A DNA stretch of 64,000 nt, from positions 3,543,723 to 3,607,722 of the forward strand of contig CAJINV010000001.1 of assembly GCA_905178155.1 (NCBI GenBank), written 5' to 3'. Each line of letters opens with the position of its first letter. Position 1 is the first letter of the stretch. The DNA is from Amoebophrya sp. A120 (lineage: Eukaryota > Protista > Dinoflagellata). A program made the position numbers and the translations under genes. The notes under the pieces were generated by a model, which did no database searches, was not told the origin of the DNA, and worked only from the letters and a program-made list of their open reading frames with translations. Shown in pieces: positions 37,357-50,063 of this stretch.

Positions 37357-39747
37357 TCCACCGCAAGACAGTACGCGCGCGCTTCTGTTTCGACATACTT
37401 ACAGACGAGTACGTCGATGACGCGGGCGCCGAAGCAGCAGGCCAACCAGAACCGGGGGCGGAGCGCCGCTTCCCCCCGCTGCCCTACCGCCAGGTCACCC
37501 AAGGGCGCCTCCTTGGCATCCATTTTGACGAGGACGGGTGCTTCGCAGACCACTGCGACAAACTGGTGGACAAGAGCACAAAGCGCCTCGCACTCATAAA
37601 AAGGAGGTACCGGCACAAAGCCGACACCGTGACACTGCGCGCACTATACCTCGGGCTTGTGGGTTCCCTCGTTCGGTTCACGCTCTCGGTGTTGGGGCCC
37701 TACCTCCCCGAGCAGGCGATGAAGCGGCTTGACACGCGCATCCTACATAAGGGCGCGCGACTCATCACGGGGGCCCTACAACACACCCGGATAGAGGTCC
37801 TCCTCGCTTCCGCGTGCCTGTTCAACGCGCACACCCTGGCAACCATCGAGGTCGCGCTCTGGTTCGATAGGTTCGCGCGCGAAGGCCAAGCCCTCCCGGC
37901 CACCACGGCATTACAAAGTGGCATCGCAGCAGAAGCAGGCGCGCCTGGGGCGCGTGGGTCCGCGCCGTGGCGGTGCAACACCCTGCCATCCCGCACAGAC
38001 GTTGTCGAGGCGCTCAGCCGCTTCCCCAGCCTGCCACAAACACTAGGTGGCAACTTCGTCCTGCGGTATGTGATCCACACCGGCACCCGTGCAACCCGGG
38101 TGGAAGGGCGCCCCCTGTGGGAATACAACGCTATCGACTTACGCGAAACCAAGCGCGCCACCTGGGCCGGGAGACGCGCGGGTGACCAAGCCCACCGGGT
38201 TTTGGAGGCCATCGGCGTGAGCAACACCCACCGAGAATCCTACAGCCCGCGACCTCGCCTCTCCCGCGAGATCAGGTGGGAAATCAACCCGGGCGAGAGC
38301 TACCCGACAAGGGATGCAAACACAGCGCCTGCGAACGAGCGATGGGCGGCGCCGTTCGATGAGGACGCGACCCAACCGGACGCGGCCTGGCAGAACGACC
38401 GCTTCCGCCAAGAGCTTGAGCAGGGGGCGGCTGTGTCCTTCTGTGATGGCTCCCTCGTGGGGGCGGTCATAGATGGGGACCGCCGCAGGCACGGCCGCAT
38501 CCTCGGGGGCTCGGTTCTATTCGCGCAAAACGCTCTACAGGCTGTGGAAATACATCTGTATGGCATCGGGCCATCCGCGTATCCCGGGGAAACAGGGGGA
38601 GCCCAGGTAGGGGCACAGCAGTTGGCGGGCGTCCACGCCACCCGTGCGAGGCTGGTGGGTGACTGCAGGGGGTGGATGACCGCGGCGGCGAGTGGAAACC
38701 GGCTCGAACCCCAACTGTGCACGGTCCTCACCGCCCTGGACCGCATCCCCGCAGCCGAAGCACTCGTCACCCACGTATACGCCCATACGGGCGTCGCGGG
38801 CAACGAATTCATAGATACGTTGTTGGGACTCGTGGCCCCGGCCGCCCGGCGAGTGGACATGCGGGAACTCCCGTCCCTCCCCGTCCCCCACGCAGCGGTG
38901 AAGCAGCTCCTCCTGCGGGAAATAGAAGCACAAGAAGAGGTAGGGATCCTGTCCCTGGGGCTAACCAGAAGCATCAGTGGGCGAGACTGGGCGGCCAGAC
39001 AATGGTCGCGCGACTTCGTCTGGGGCGTCACCAAATATCTCCGTGGCGCGCGGCTGGTTCAACGCCTCTGGCTGTCCACGGTCAGTGGAAGTCAGAGTAG
39101 ATCCTTCGGCAACGAGTTGCACTGCGACTACTGCGGGACCCCGTTGACACCGGGCCACATACTCGAAGAATGCGAGGCGCTGGAAAGCTGGAGACAGTAC
39201 GTCCGGGACACCGGCCCTACACATCAACCAACAGGAATCGGCGACCGGATCACGCAGATGGGGAGACTGTGCGCAGCGGTGCTCCCCCTCACATCAGAGC
39301 GCGCATGGCCCCACGGCTGGCAAGAGCGCCCTGACTACAGATCCATGACCGAACTGGGCACCCACAATGCCCACGAATAAACGGCCCGCTAGGGCGTGCA
39401 ACGCCGCGTCCGCGGCGCGAGCGCTTATGTTCCGTACAATGAAACCAACCTACACTAACGGCGCGCGAGGGGGCTCAGTGGTGTTCCGCACACACGTGGT
39501 TGGCACTGAGTCTGAGCCGTGAGACCGTGGGAAGGTAAACGGGACACCGGGGCACACCCCCGCCCCACCGGAGAGATCTTGTGAGAGACTGAGAGTGTGG
39601 AACCGCACTACAGCGGCGACAAATCCAAAGATCCCGCGAGATCCCACATCACAGCACCACCGCAAGATCTTGCAACCTTCCGCTCTCGTACATTCGTTGT
39701 GGTCACCTCGGGCACAAACCCCAGTAGGGCTTCGATAATAATAATAA
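37357..39747 (+). mobile_element. 5'-truncated non-LTR retrotransposon (RNase H-containing, I/Ingi-like)
   Basis: Perfect 15-bp TSD tataaacatttcttc (37342-37356, 39748-39762) and a (TAA)4 tail at 39736-39747. Confidence 0.9.
37482..39380 (+). CDS. LINE ORF2 remnant: RT C-terminus/thumb, RNase H, CCHC zinc knuckle
   Basis: RLLGIHFDEDGCFADHCDKLVDKSTKRL (RT domain 7, upstream of the listed GTG). RNase H motifs FCDGS, GE, GDC, HVYAHTGVAGNEFID. Knuckle CDYCGTPLTPGHILEEC. Confidence 0.85.
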   Translation, partial: PYRQVTQGRLLGIHFDEDGCFADHCDKLVDKSTKRLALIKRRYRHKADTVTLRALYLGLVGSLVRFTLSVLGPYLPEQAMKRLDTRILHKGARLITGALQHTRIEVLLASACLFNAHTLATIEVALWFDRFAREGQALPATTALQSGIAAEAGAPGARGSAPWRCNTLPSRTDVVEALSRFPSLPQTLGGNFVLRYVIHTGTRATRVEGRPLWEYNAIDLRETKRATWAGRRAGDQAHRVLEAIGVSNTHRESYSPRPRLSREIRWEINPGESYPTRDANTAPANERWAAPFDEDATQPDAAWQNDRFRQELEQGAAVSFCDGSLVGAVIDGDRRRHGRILGGSVLFAQNALQAVEIHLYGIGPSAYPGETGGAQVGAQQLAGVHATRARLVGDCRGWMTAAASGNRLEPQLCTVLTALDRIPAAEALVTHVYAHTGVAGNEFIDTLLGLVAPAARRVDMRELPSLPVPHAAVKQLLLREIEAQEEVGILSLGLTRSISGRDWAARQWSRDFVWGVTKYLRGARLVQRLWLSTVSGSQSRSFGNELHCDYCGTPLTPGHILEECEALESWRQYVRDTGPTHQPTGIGDRITQMGRLCAAVLPLTSERAWPHGWQERPDYRSMTELGTHNAHE

Positions 39748-39873
39748 TATAAACATTTCTTCACCCAGACCCAAATAAGTATCTGTAAACGCTGTTCTTT
39801 CATTCCGTATTCCACTCTATGGCAATTTTTGAAAATAATTCGCCGCGCGCACGACAACTGTAAAGCAGAAAAT

Positions 39874-40848
39874 ATGGGCAACGGTTCTTCTAGCAGCACT
39901 GCAGCACCAGTAGCTCCGGCACGCCAGGGCGGAAGTGCGAGCGATCCAGGTTTCAAGTTTTTGATTTGTGGGATTGAGAATGCACTGGCAGTGGCGACGC
40001 GCGACGTGATCGGGGATCTTGGAAACAATCACTCTAATGATGAACATGAATTTTTTTCGACGCGGCAGTTTTCCCATAGTCTCATGGGCATTTTAGAGGG
40101 AATCTTTTCCTGGCCTCCAGCAGATGAACATCAAGCAGCGTTGTCCACCGGCGCTGAGGCTAAACCTCGGCTGACTCTGCATTTTTTTTCCGTGTGTGGT
40201 GGGGCGAAAATCTACCCGCTGTGGCAGCACTGTCACATGGACGAGCCGGCCGACGGGCTTCTGTACATCTACCCGGGCGGCCACGCAGGGACGCGGTGCT
40301 CAAAGTACAGCTGGTTTACGAAACCGGAAAAGAGGGAACAAGAGCCGCTCATGACACACCCCGTGAAGTACCTGCGCTACCATCTCGGCGAACAGGTGCG
40401 CGATGGCGGGAATCCCGACTCGCAGGTAGTAAGCCTCCTACGTGAGGACGTCAAGGGGAGGACGTCTGCCGAGACGACAGAGGAGCAAAAGGACTACAAC
40501 GACAGGATACGAACGATGCCGGTTTTGCTTTACGTCGAGCTCAGCAGGGCCGTATTAGTGGAAATGGCCCTTCGAGAACATGAGGAGGAACAACCAAGCC
40601 GTGATGCAGCAGCGAAAGTGCAGCCCGAAGCAGATCAGCAAGAGGTGCTGCTAGATAAACTTGCCCAGGCTGAGGCGGCTCGCATCGCAACGGAAAATGG
40701 GCTTCAGGAGATTGTGGCATCTAGCGGGCGAGCGTGGGTTCTCATGCCACTGGTTTTAGAAGACCCCGGGCGCAATTACAAAGCGAGTGCGCAGATAAAG
40801 ACTGGGATTGACTGGCTCGTGAAGACGGCTGAAACAAGAAGAAGATAG
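39874..40848 (+). CDS. Highly degenerate ARF/ARL-like protein (probable pseudo-GTPase)
   Basis: MGNGSS myristoylation-type start. LHFFSVCGGAKIYPLWQH resembles FTVWDVGGQDKIRPLWRH, DGLLYIY resembles QGLIFVV, RAWVL...IKTGIDWL resembles RNWYI...LYEGLDWL. Confidence 0.6.
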   Translation: MGNGSSSSTAAPVAPARQGGSASDPGFKFLICGIENALAVATRDVIGDLGNNHSNDEHEFFSTRQFSHSLMGILEGIFSWPPADEHQAALSTGAEAKPRLTLHFFSVCGGAKIYPLWQHCHMDEPADGLLYIYPGGHAGTRCSKYSWFTKPEKREQEPLMTHPVKYLRYHLGEQVRDGGNPDSQVVSLLREDVKGRTSAETTEEQKDYNDRIRTMPVLLYVELSRAVLVEMALREHEEEQPSRDAAAKVQPEADQQEVLLDKLAQAEAARIATENGLQEIVASSGRAWVLMPLVLEDPGRNYKASAQIKTGIDWLVKTAETRRR

Positions 40849-41716
40849 TGACGCAGTGGATGAACATGCAGGCGCGGTATCAGAAATCACTGGCATTACT
40901 TTACGAATTTTATCCGCTTCGGCGCTTTGGCTTTTGCTGTTCGTGCGCGCCATCAAGCACACCCATCATGTGTTGGCCACTTAGAGCGTACGTGTTGATG
41001 TCACTTTTTTACTTTTCTACGCAATCACAGCCTCATCGGTAACCTAGTGTATGCATACAACTGCATCGGTTTTATGTTTCACTTCACACTACCGAGCCAA
41101 AAAGAAAAGGTCGTAATGGAAAAGATTGGAAAGTCAGAATTCATCGGTCTCGTGCATCAGCCAAAATCACGGTCTCGGTTTCGTGCAACAAAGACGTACT
41201 TACATTTTACCGTCTGCACATGCAGCGTGCTCGGTTCCGTGCACGGACTGTTTCCGGTCCTGAAAATGTCGGTTTCGTGCAGTGTAACGAACGTCCTCTT
41301 ACCCTTTTCGTTCAACCTCGAAAAATCGCGTTCTCGGTGTAGACAATCGTACAAAGATAGAAGTGGGAGCAAGGGATCTGCTTTCGGTTTCGCGTCGTGT
41401 GTGACATTCGTAGCAGTTAAAACTGCTTGTTGGTGTAGGAAAGGACCGCTATGGTGCCACACATTGGTTTGCTTGCCTTATGAATGCCCCAGGACCTCAT
41501 TTTGATTTTTCTACTTCATCCATGACGATATTTCACATTTTTACACCAAGAAATCTTTTTTTATCCCGTCGGGCTCGGGTGGGCCGCTAAGAACGACCAG
41601 ATGCATAGAACCGGAAGAACGATCGTCTTAGCTTCATCACTAGTGTTACCCACCCGCCCGCCTAATCCTTTCTCATACATTTTCCTCGAATTTTGTTTCT
41701 TCTTTTTGCATTGAAA

Positions 41717-44700
41717 ATGCCGCCTAGTATGTTGGATGTTCGTTTAACCATAAAGGTCTTCCTACTGGCCGTGGTAGGACAGCTTGGAGTTGTAGTGACG
41801 AGCAGCGAACCCGGACCTACAACTTTCAGGGTGCAGAGCGCGAGCCATCATGACGGCGCAACTCACCCCGACCCGCGGCAGGGCACACTCGGGTCCCTGG
41901 GTGCAACGATGCAGACCCACGACGCGCCTTTCAACGTATGCTTTGGCTTTTTTGGATTCTTTCAGTTATAATTTTCGCCATCGCAGCTTTTCCAGTGGGG
42001 CGTTTGATTACAACTCGATTTTGAAAGTGATTATGGCGAGGGCGACTCTATTCGTTTTCATGAAATCTAACGAACTATTTATTTGAACCTGAAAACCAAC
42101 CAACCACAGATGCACTTCGACGCTCCGGGTTTTCTGGCTCTGTACTTCTGGACCGGGCTTCTCTTCGTCATCACGCTGGTGTACCGCCTCGTCATGTGGG
42201 GCGCGTGCCGCCGGGACATGGTGCGCGAGCGCGTTTCAGAGAACCAACGAGAGAACCTGCTCAAGCAGGGCTACCAGGACGTCAAGGGGGGCGTGTACGG
42301 AACACTTGCGACCACGTACGCGGCCACTTTTGCCAAGGTATCCGAAGAGGTGATTGACCACGGGGGCCGGAGCGGCATCGTGCGTAAGCAAGTAGTCTAC
42401 CAGTTCGGCTACGGCTACACGTTTTTCGGGTCCGTGCTGTACTTTTTCTACATGCTGTGGCTCTGCGCCGTTTCTGCTACGTTGTTGCTGTGCCTGCTCA
42501 CCGTCAGCATACCCGACCACTTTCTCTGGTTCGCAAACGGCTTCTTCAACCTGTCGCTGTGTCCGGAATCGGTTTGGGACAACATGGACAGGAGAGCGTA
42601 CAATATTGATACCTTTGTTGTTTGGCTTTTTCTTTTGTCTGTGATAAACAACTTTTCCAACACCATTACCATCGTTTGAAACTCTATCTTTTCTTTGAAG
42701 AAGTAAAAAAAGAGGTTTGCGCCGTGGTATTCTATCCGTTTCATCAAATACTTTACCTCAGGCAAAACTGCTCCCTCGGGATGACGGACGACGCCTACAT
42801 GAAGGCCAACCTTGGCGGCGTCTTCCTGATCTTCTTCGTGATTTCCTTCTTCATGTGGTTGCTTTACCTGAAGAACAGCAACGCGATCTTCAACTTTTTC
42901 ATGCGGCAGATGTCGCTCCGCGAGGCCGAGTACGTCTCGATCGAGGAGCGCATCGTGGAACAGTCGCAAGACGACGCGCGCTACGAGAACGAAATCAGCC
43001 GCACGGTCGTGGACAACGTGCAAGTCATGGTCGAGGACATCAACGGCATTACCTACCGTTATTTCGTCTTCCAGTCCACGCGTCTGACCTACGACCACAC
43101 CGCGAAAATCTTCGCTGCGCCCCGCAACGAGGTGGTGGACCGGAACACGCTGAACGCCCTGCATCTGTACAAGCAGGAACCTCTAACCGTCGATGCTGTG
43201 TCGGTGGATATTCTGCTGCGCGGGAAGAACAAGATCGACGTGCGGGTCCCGAGCTTCTTCTGGTTTGCGGCGCAGGAGCTGGGGAACGCGGTGAACCTGT
43301 GGCAGATTTTCCAAGCCGTCACGCTCGCGTTCTTCTGGCAGGTGGCCGCGGGCGCCGTGCTGTTCTTCGTGTTCCTCATCCAGCTCTACCTCGCCGCCAT
43401 GGCGCGGAAGCGCGTGATGCAGAACGTGGAGCAGACGGCGCGGATCCAGGGGATTCGGTTGCTCGTTTACCGGGACGAGCGCCGGGACAAGTACCTGGAA
43501 TTTGGAAAACCCGTGGACATGTCGCGGATGGATTTGAACCGCCGCGCGAACCAACGGGACACGCGGCACCCGACCTTGTCGAAGATTGTCGAGGCGGACG
43601 ACGAGGAGTCCGAGTCCGAGGGCAGCTCCATGTCCGACGGACACATGCTGCAGTCCAGCGGGGGCCACAAGAGCGACAACACGTTCACATACATCGCCGA
43701 CATGAAGGTATTAAGACCTACTTTGCCGTTTTCTAAAGTTGTGGATTTTGATTAAGACCTTAGGTTAGGAGTTTCAGTTTGTGTTTAAGCGCTTTGTTTC
43801 ATTCTCTATCATTCAAACACAACTTCTCAGAATGGGAACGCGCAGGCCAAGGACGCGCCAAAGGATGCGGACGGGGCTCTTGCTTTCAAGCGGCTGAATG
43901 CGGGCACTGGCGCACTTGCCGCGGCCCGAACGGGGACCAGCACTCCGTCGACCTCTGCCGGCCCCTCGCGCGACAACTCCGACAGCAATAGTGAGGAGGG
44001 CGACCGCGGGCTGCAAACGCTGAGCGGCATCCAGTCCCTGAACGCGCGCTCCAAGCTCCGGAACGGTACGTTCCGCAGCGTGCACTCGGCGGAGCTGGTC
44101 CCGGGTGACCTGATCGAGATCCCGGAGGGGGTCGTGATCCCCTGCGACTGCGTGTTGCTCGAGGGCCACGCGCTGGTGAACGAGGCGGATCTGACCGGTG
44201 AGCCGATGCCGGTGACCAAATACCCGATCGAGCGCCGCGGGCGCGCCGCCAACGAGGACCGGCTGGACGTGGTCGCGCACGGCAAGAAGCACTACCTGCA
44301 CTGCGGAACGACGGTGCTCCAGTCCCTCGGTTCGCAGCGCAGCAAGCGCAACCTGAAGGCCATCGGGCTCGTCGTGCAGACCGGTACGGCGACCATGAAG
44401 GGCAACATGATCCGGCGCATTCTGTACCCGAGTCCCGTGTACTACCGGTTCACCGACCAGCTCGGGCCGTTCGTGTTCACCATGGTCTTTCTGCTGCAGC
44501 TCGGCTCGACGATCCCCTTGCTGGTGTACGGCGCGAACGACGGGCGGGGCTTCTTCCAGATCCTCGTGATGGCCTGCTTCGAGGCGATCTCGCTGTCCAC
44601 GCAGGTCGCGAGCCCGCTGATGCTGCTCGGGCTCACCCAAGCGCAGCAGAGCGCTGCGGACCGGCTCAAGAACTCCCCCTCGACCACACAGACGCTCTCC

Positions 44701-47700
44701 CCCGAGCGCATGATCATGGCCGGGGAGATCAAGGTGCAGTGCCTGGACAAGACGGGCACGATCACGGAAGAGGGCCTGCAGCTCCACGGCATCCGGCCGG
44801 TAACCGCAGGGCTGCAACCGTCCTCCTTTCCGGCCGCCCCTCCAGCGAGTGGGATGAACACTTTTCTCGAGGACTCGAACCCCAGCAGCCAAACGCAAAC
44901 CACCCCGCCGATCAGCCAGGGGGCCAACTCGCACTCGTCCTCCGGGTCCTTCTCGGACAGCAACTCTGGCGGCGAGGGGTCCGCGGACGCGCGAACCACC
45001 GCGTCCAGTACGAACAAGGCCAACGCGCGCGCCGCGAACAAGATCTTTGAGAAGAAGTTCGAACCGCTGAACCGCACGTTGGCGGAGAGTCTCCACGGCC
45101 CGACCGTGAAGTTTGGCCCCCTGGTGTCCGTGCGCGACACCCCGGACCAGCCGATGGACAAGGCGAACCTGTTGGAGGTCGCAATGGCCACCTGCCACAC
45201 CGTGACGAAGGTGGACGGAAATCTGTACGGGAACTCCGTGGAGCGCGAGATGGTGCGGGTGCTGAACGTGGACTTCGCCGCCCGGATCGGCGAGGGCGTG
45301 GAGTACTTCCGGCCGAAGCGCCACCCCGGCGGCGGCGAGTTGCTGTTCAAGACCGTGCGGCAGTTCGAGTTTGACCAGGGCACGCAGATGCAGTCGGTCG
45401 TCGTGGACATGCGCGGCGAAAACGCCCGCGCGCGCGGCGCGCGGAACTCCCGCTCCAACGACAGTGCCTCCTTCCGGTCCGGAACCTCCTCCGACGCCTC
45501 CGTGCACAGTCACCGCAGCAGTTTGTCCACGGGTTTGTCCTCCTCCCTGTCCGGTACGGGGTACGGCCGCTCCTCGCCCCAGCACTCGCACGTGCTCTTT
45601 TCCAAGGGCAGCTTCGACGCGATCTCGAAGCGGTGCCTGCCGCACACACTTCCGGTGGACGCGGAGCAGCTGACGAAGTCCCTTGCGGTCGAGGGGTACT
45701 ACGTGATTGCCATCGCGTACCGCCCGGTCGACGAGTCCTCGCAGAACAAAGCGAACGGGCAGAAGGTCGTGCGGTGGCACACCAGCTCGCGGGTGGATCT
45801 CGAAACGGACATGATCTTTCTCGGGCTGATCTATTTCCTGAACGAGCTCAAGTCCGACAGCGCGGCCGCGATCGCCGAGCTGCGCCACGGCAACGTCGAC
45901 CCGGTGATGCTGACGGGAGACAACCTGTGGACCGGCATCCACGTGGCGGAGAAAGTCGGGATGCTGCCCAGGAACGCCGTCATTTTGGGCGCTGACGTGG
46001 AGAAGATCCTGGACCGCGAGGGGCGCCGGAACTCGAGTAGCTTTCCCGACGAACTGCACTGGCAGTTCTTGCGCAAAACGGACAACAAGCACCTCCCGGT
46101 CTGGATGAACCTGCTCGCGGAGCCCGGGGCCCGGTACAGCTCGCGCATCTCCTTCTTCGGTACCGACGTCACGGGCCCGTCCGCGGCCGAGGCGCGCAAG
46201 CGCACGGGCAACGGGGCCTTCTACCGGAAAAAGGGAGCCAGGTTCGGCGGCGCGGGCGCGGCCTCGGACATCGAGCTCGAAGCGCACACGTCGACGCTGT
46301 ACCCGACGCGTGGCGGCGAGCCGCCCGTCTCAATCGCGCAGGCGGTGAAGGCCACGCAGGAGGGTGCGGTCCACCTGAGTCCGTCGCCCATGTTCTCGCC
46401 CACCAACCGCAGCCTACTCTTCGAGCACTTCTACTTCGACGGTCAGGGCGTGGACGACCGCAAGTTGCTGCGGCTCATCGAGCAGATGGAGCTGTTCGCC
46501 GAAACTATGGAGGACAACGGCCACGCAGCCATGGTCGTGCCAAAATACAACTCGACTGCTCCCGCGGCGCCGACGAACGCGCTGGAACTGGCGGGCTTGT
46601 CCGATGCTGACGACTCCATCAGCGACGCCTGCGAGTCGGAGAGGCAGCGACTGCTCGACCGTGACCTGGACGTGGAGGGCGGCGCGTTTCCGACGGCCCG
46701 GTCGCTCCCGCGCGTGAGCGCGCAGTACCGACCGACTCTGCTGTCCAAGGAGCTGCAGGCGGCGGCCCGGAGCGACGACGAGCACGAGTTGAAGGCAGCG
46801 GTGCGCGCGCCCGTCGCGATTAGTTCCAAGCGGCCGAAGTACTACTTCGCGCTCACCGAGGCGGCCTACCGGTTCCTCGCAGACCACGATCCGCGGTTGC
46901 TGGAGAAGATCTTCCCGCGGGTCATCGTGTTTGGGCGCATGACGCCGAACGGCAAGGTCGACGTGGTGCGCCGCACCCAGTCCACCGGCATGGTGGTCGG
47001 CATGTGCGGCGACGGCGGCAACGACTGCGGCGCGCTGCGAGCCAGTCACGCCGGGGTGGCACTCGCGGACGGCGAGGCCAGCATTGTGGCGCCCTTCTCG
47101 TCAACGTCAAAGTCGCTCTTCGCGGTGGTCGAGACGATCCGCCAGGGCCGCTGCTGCCTGCGCGTTTCCACCGCGCTGCTCGAGTTCCACGTGATTGTCG
47201 GCATTGCGTCCGCGATTTTCAAGGTCGCAATTCTGTCGCAGAAGGCGTACCCGTCGGAGCTGATGTACCTGCTGAAGGACTCCTTGGTTCCCTGTTTGAT
47301 CGTCACTGCGCTGGTCGCCGCCACCCCGCCGCTCCACCTCGGGTTCAAACGGGGCGGCTGGTGCAGCTGCTGCCGCCGCGAGCAGTGGGGCACGAAGAAC
47401 GGGATGTGGCTGATGTTGGACAGCGAGCGGCCGACCGGCAACCTGATCGCGAAGCCGCGGCTGTTCCTGATCGTGATGGCGGGTTTGATCTTCGGGTCGT
47501 TCGTCTACCTCACCTGGTTTTTCACCACGTCCACCATCGCGAACCCGTGGTACCACTCGATCGACCTGTACGCTTTGCGCGGCGAGGGCCAGCTGATCGC
47601 CCCCTGGACCAGCAACCTGCTCAGTCCGGTGATGATCGGCGCCATCGTGCTGTTCAGCTTCGTGGTGTTCGTCACCGTCTCCATCGACGGGAAGTTCCGC

Positions 47701-49269
47701 AACAACGTGTTCAGCCAGTGCTGGGTGTACCTGCTGTTACTCGCCGTGTTCGCGCCGGTCTTGTTGATCTACTTCATGTGCAACTCGCCGATCCACGCCC
47801 TGCTCCGCACCAACGTGGACAACATGCACTCCTGGCAGCACGCGTCCATCACCGCCCCGGCGACCCGCGCCGTCGCGTTCTCCAACGCGGACGTGCTCAG
47901 TCCCAACTTTTGGTTCACCCGCCCGGACGCGTCGCTGTTCAGCGGGCAGGAGGACGTGTTCTCCTACGCTTTGAACACAGCGGAAAGCTTCCCGGACATC
48001 AGCACCCCAGCCCCGGTCCACTGGTCGTCCGGCAGTAGTAGAGTGGGCGCGGAAGCAGCAATGGAAAATGAACAAGGTGCCGAGAGTACGACAGCGGCTC
48101 GCAGCAGCAGAAAGGCCGCCGGCGCGCAGAGCACGCCGCCGCCGAGCGACGCGCGCGGGGAGGAACTGTTGCAAAGACAGGTCGACCAGGCGGACAAGTT
48201 CATGCACAACGAGATGAGCGCGGCGCTGACCGGGTGGCGGGCGAACTTGCTGACCAAGATGGACAAGGGCAGTGAGCAGACCGCCATGTCCGCCACCGAT
48301 TTTCGGGTTTTATTCCCCGCGGTCGGCGGCGGCGCCGCCACCCCCGCGAGCGCGGTGATGGTGGAAGTGAAGACGGATTTCATCACGCAGGACGCCACGG
48401 TGAAGCAGTGGGTGAAGAGCCTGCACGAGGCGAGTCAGGTCACCTTCGCGGACCTGCGGGTGTCGCGCCGCAACAAGGCGTTGGAGCCGCTGCCGGAGCC
48501 GCAGATGATTGCGGACATCGCCGCGCACGCGTGCCAGAAGATGTGCGCCGCGAGCTGGACCGCGGGCCGGGGCCAGAACGTGCCGGACCGCGAGCGGTTC
48601 TACTGCTGGTGGGTGGCCGTGTCCGCCGAGCGGTGCGTGCTGATGCCGCGCACGGACGTGGGCACCACCGTCGCCCTGGGCCCGGACTACTTCAACTACG
48701 TCTCCACGGAGCTGCTGCCGAAGCACAGCGGGGTTGGCGTGGACGCGATCTACAACACGCCGAATTTGAATGTGCAGGTGGTGGGAGGAGGTACCACTAC
48801 CAACAACGCCGGGGGGTCGTCTTTGGTCAACAACGTGGTTCTGTACCCATCGAAAGACGCCCAGGAGCCGTTCACCGCCTACCAGCTGAACCGGCACAAC
48901 GTGCTCTCCTGGCGGTCGCAGAACTACAAGAGCGAGGGCGGCTACGACGACTGGCTGCAAGAGGCGCTGCCCTCCTTTTACCCGCGCCAGGATTTCTACA
49001 TGCCCCGAAACGGCTTCACGGACGACCACTCACGGTGGTTCCCGGAGGTGTACGAAAATTACCCGGCCAGCTTTGTGCCCTCGTTTTCCATGGTGTTCGC
49101 CGGGTTCGTCGTCGTGCTATGCGCTACGATGGGCTTCCTCACCTGGCTGGTGCTCAAGTTCTGGGCAATAGGCTACGAGCCGCCGCACCGGGTGCACCAG
49201 TTCCACATGCGCGGCGCGCCGATGCCGCCCAGTCCGGACTCGAACACGTCTGGGTCCCCGCTGGAGTAA
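41717..49269 (+). CDS. P5-type (ATP13A-like) P-type ATPase, 4 exons
   Basis: ELVPGD, PCDCVLL, NEADLTGEPMPVTK, CLDKTGTIT, SKGS, MLTGDN, RMTPNGK, MCGDGGNDCGAL, ASIVAPFSS. Exons ~41717-41935, 42110-42597, 42762-43707, 43831-49269. Confidence 0.9.
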
Positions 49270-49891
49270 AAGCGGATGGAGGACGAGGACGAAATTAGTC
49301 GAAAAAGAAACAAAATTCGAGAATTTTTTACCGAAGATCTGAATTTTTTAAGGCGTGGAAGAAAAATTAACGCACGTTCTGTCTTTATGGAAGATTACGC
49401 CAATGTGTATCGTCTTGTTTTAACCAATCTTACAATTACTTCACAAAATAGAGAGGCTTGAGCGCCTATCTCTTCCAATTCCCTACTTGCTTTAACTGTT
49501 TCTGTTTTCTCATATTTTTGTACTTGAAGCTTTGTTCAATTTGTACCAATTGTTCCTCTGTTACTGTTTTCAAATGTACCTGATGTATCATTCTAGCCTC
49601 ATGCCTCGTGGTTACTCTTACGCACACAGTATTTTTGCATTTTTATTCGGCACAGCCCGAATCAAAAATTAGAATCTTGAGCGGCATTTTTGTAGCGAAC
49701 TGAGGGCATCAGCATCACTTCCCCACTGCGATTTTCGCCAACAGGAAAGCATAGCCTTGGGGTCATTCCGAGTGCCTTACATAATTTCTGTTGAACGCTA
49801 TGAAACAAGAACACACAATCGCCGCTTCGCAGTGGTGGAACCTTCAGTCGCAGTTTTTTCCAAGAAACCACATGGAATAAGTTTTTGTCGT

Positions 49892-50063
49892 CATTGTAGC
49901 GAAATTGAATCACATTTACAACACATTGCAAGAGCCTGTGCTTGCATCTTCTAAAAATTCCTGATGTGACATGATCAGCAGCTCCTGGAGCTGCATGATC
50001 ATCTCGTGTTCGTACGGAAAAACAAATGGCAACTAGCAGCAAAGGCCTGGTTTCCTCATCGAG
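49892..50063 (+). repeat. Upstream copy of a degenerate direct repeat (partner 51791-51952)
   Basis: cattgtagcgaaattgaatcacatttac...gcaagagcctgtgcttgcatcttcta...ttcctgatg..catgatcagcagct...gtgttcgtac is shared with the downstream copy. Confidence 0.8.

Noticed and set aside
43813-46287. 824-aa minus-strand ORF (also 59345-60832, 60905-62410, 16147-17148)
   Set aside because: Antisense shadows of GC3-rich + strand genes, with no recognisable domains.
49762-49895. Possible insertion flanked by gtcatt within the upstream direct repeat
   Set aside because: No terminal inverted repeats, and a 6-bp match may be coincidental.
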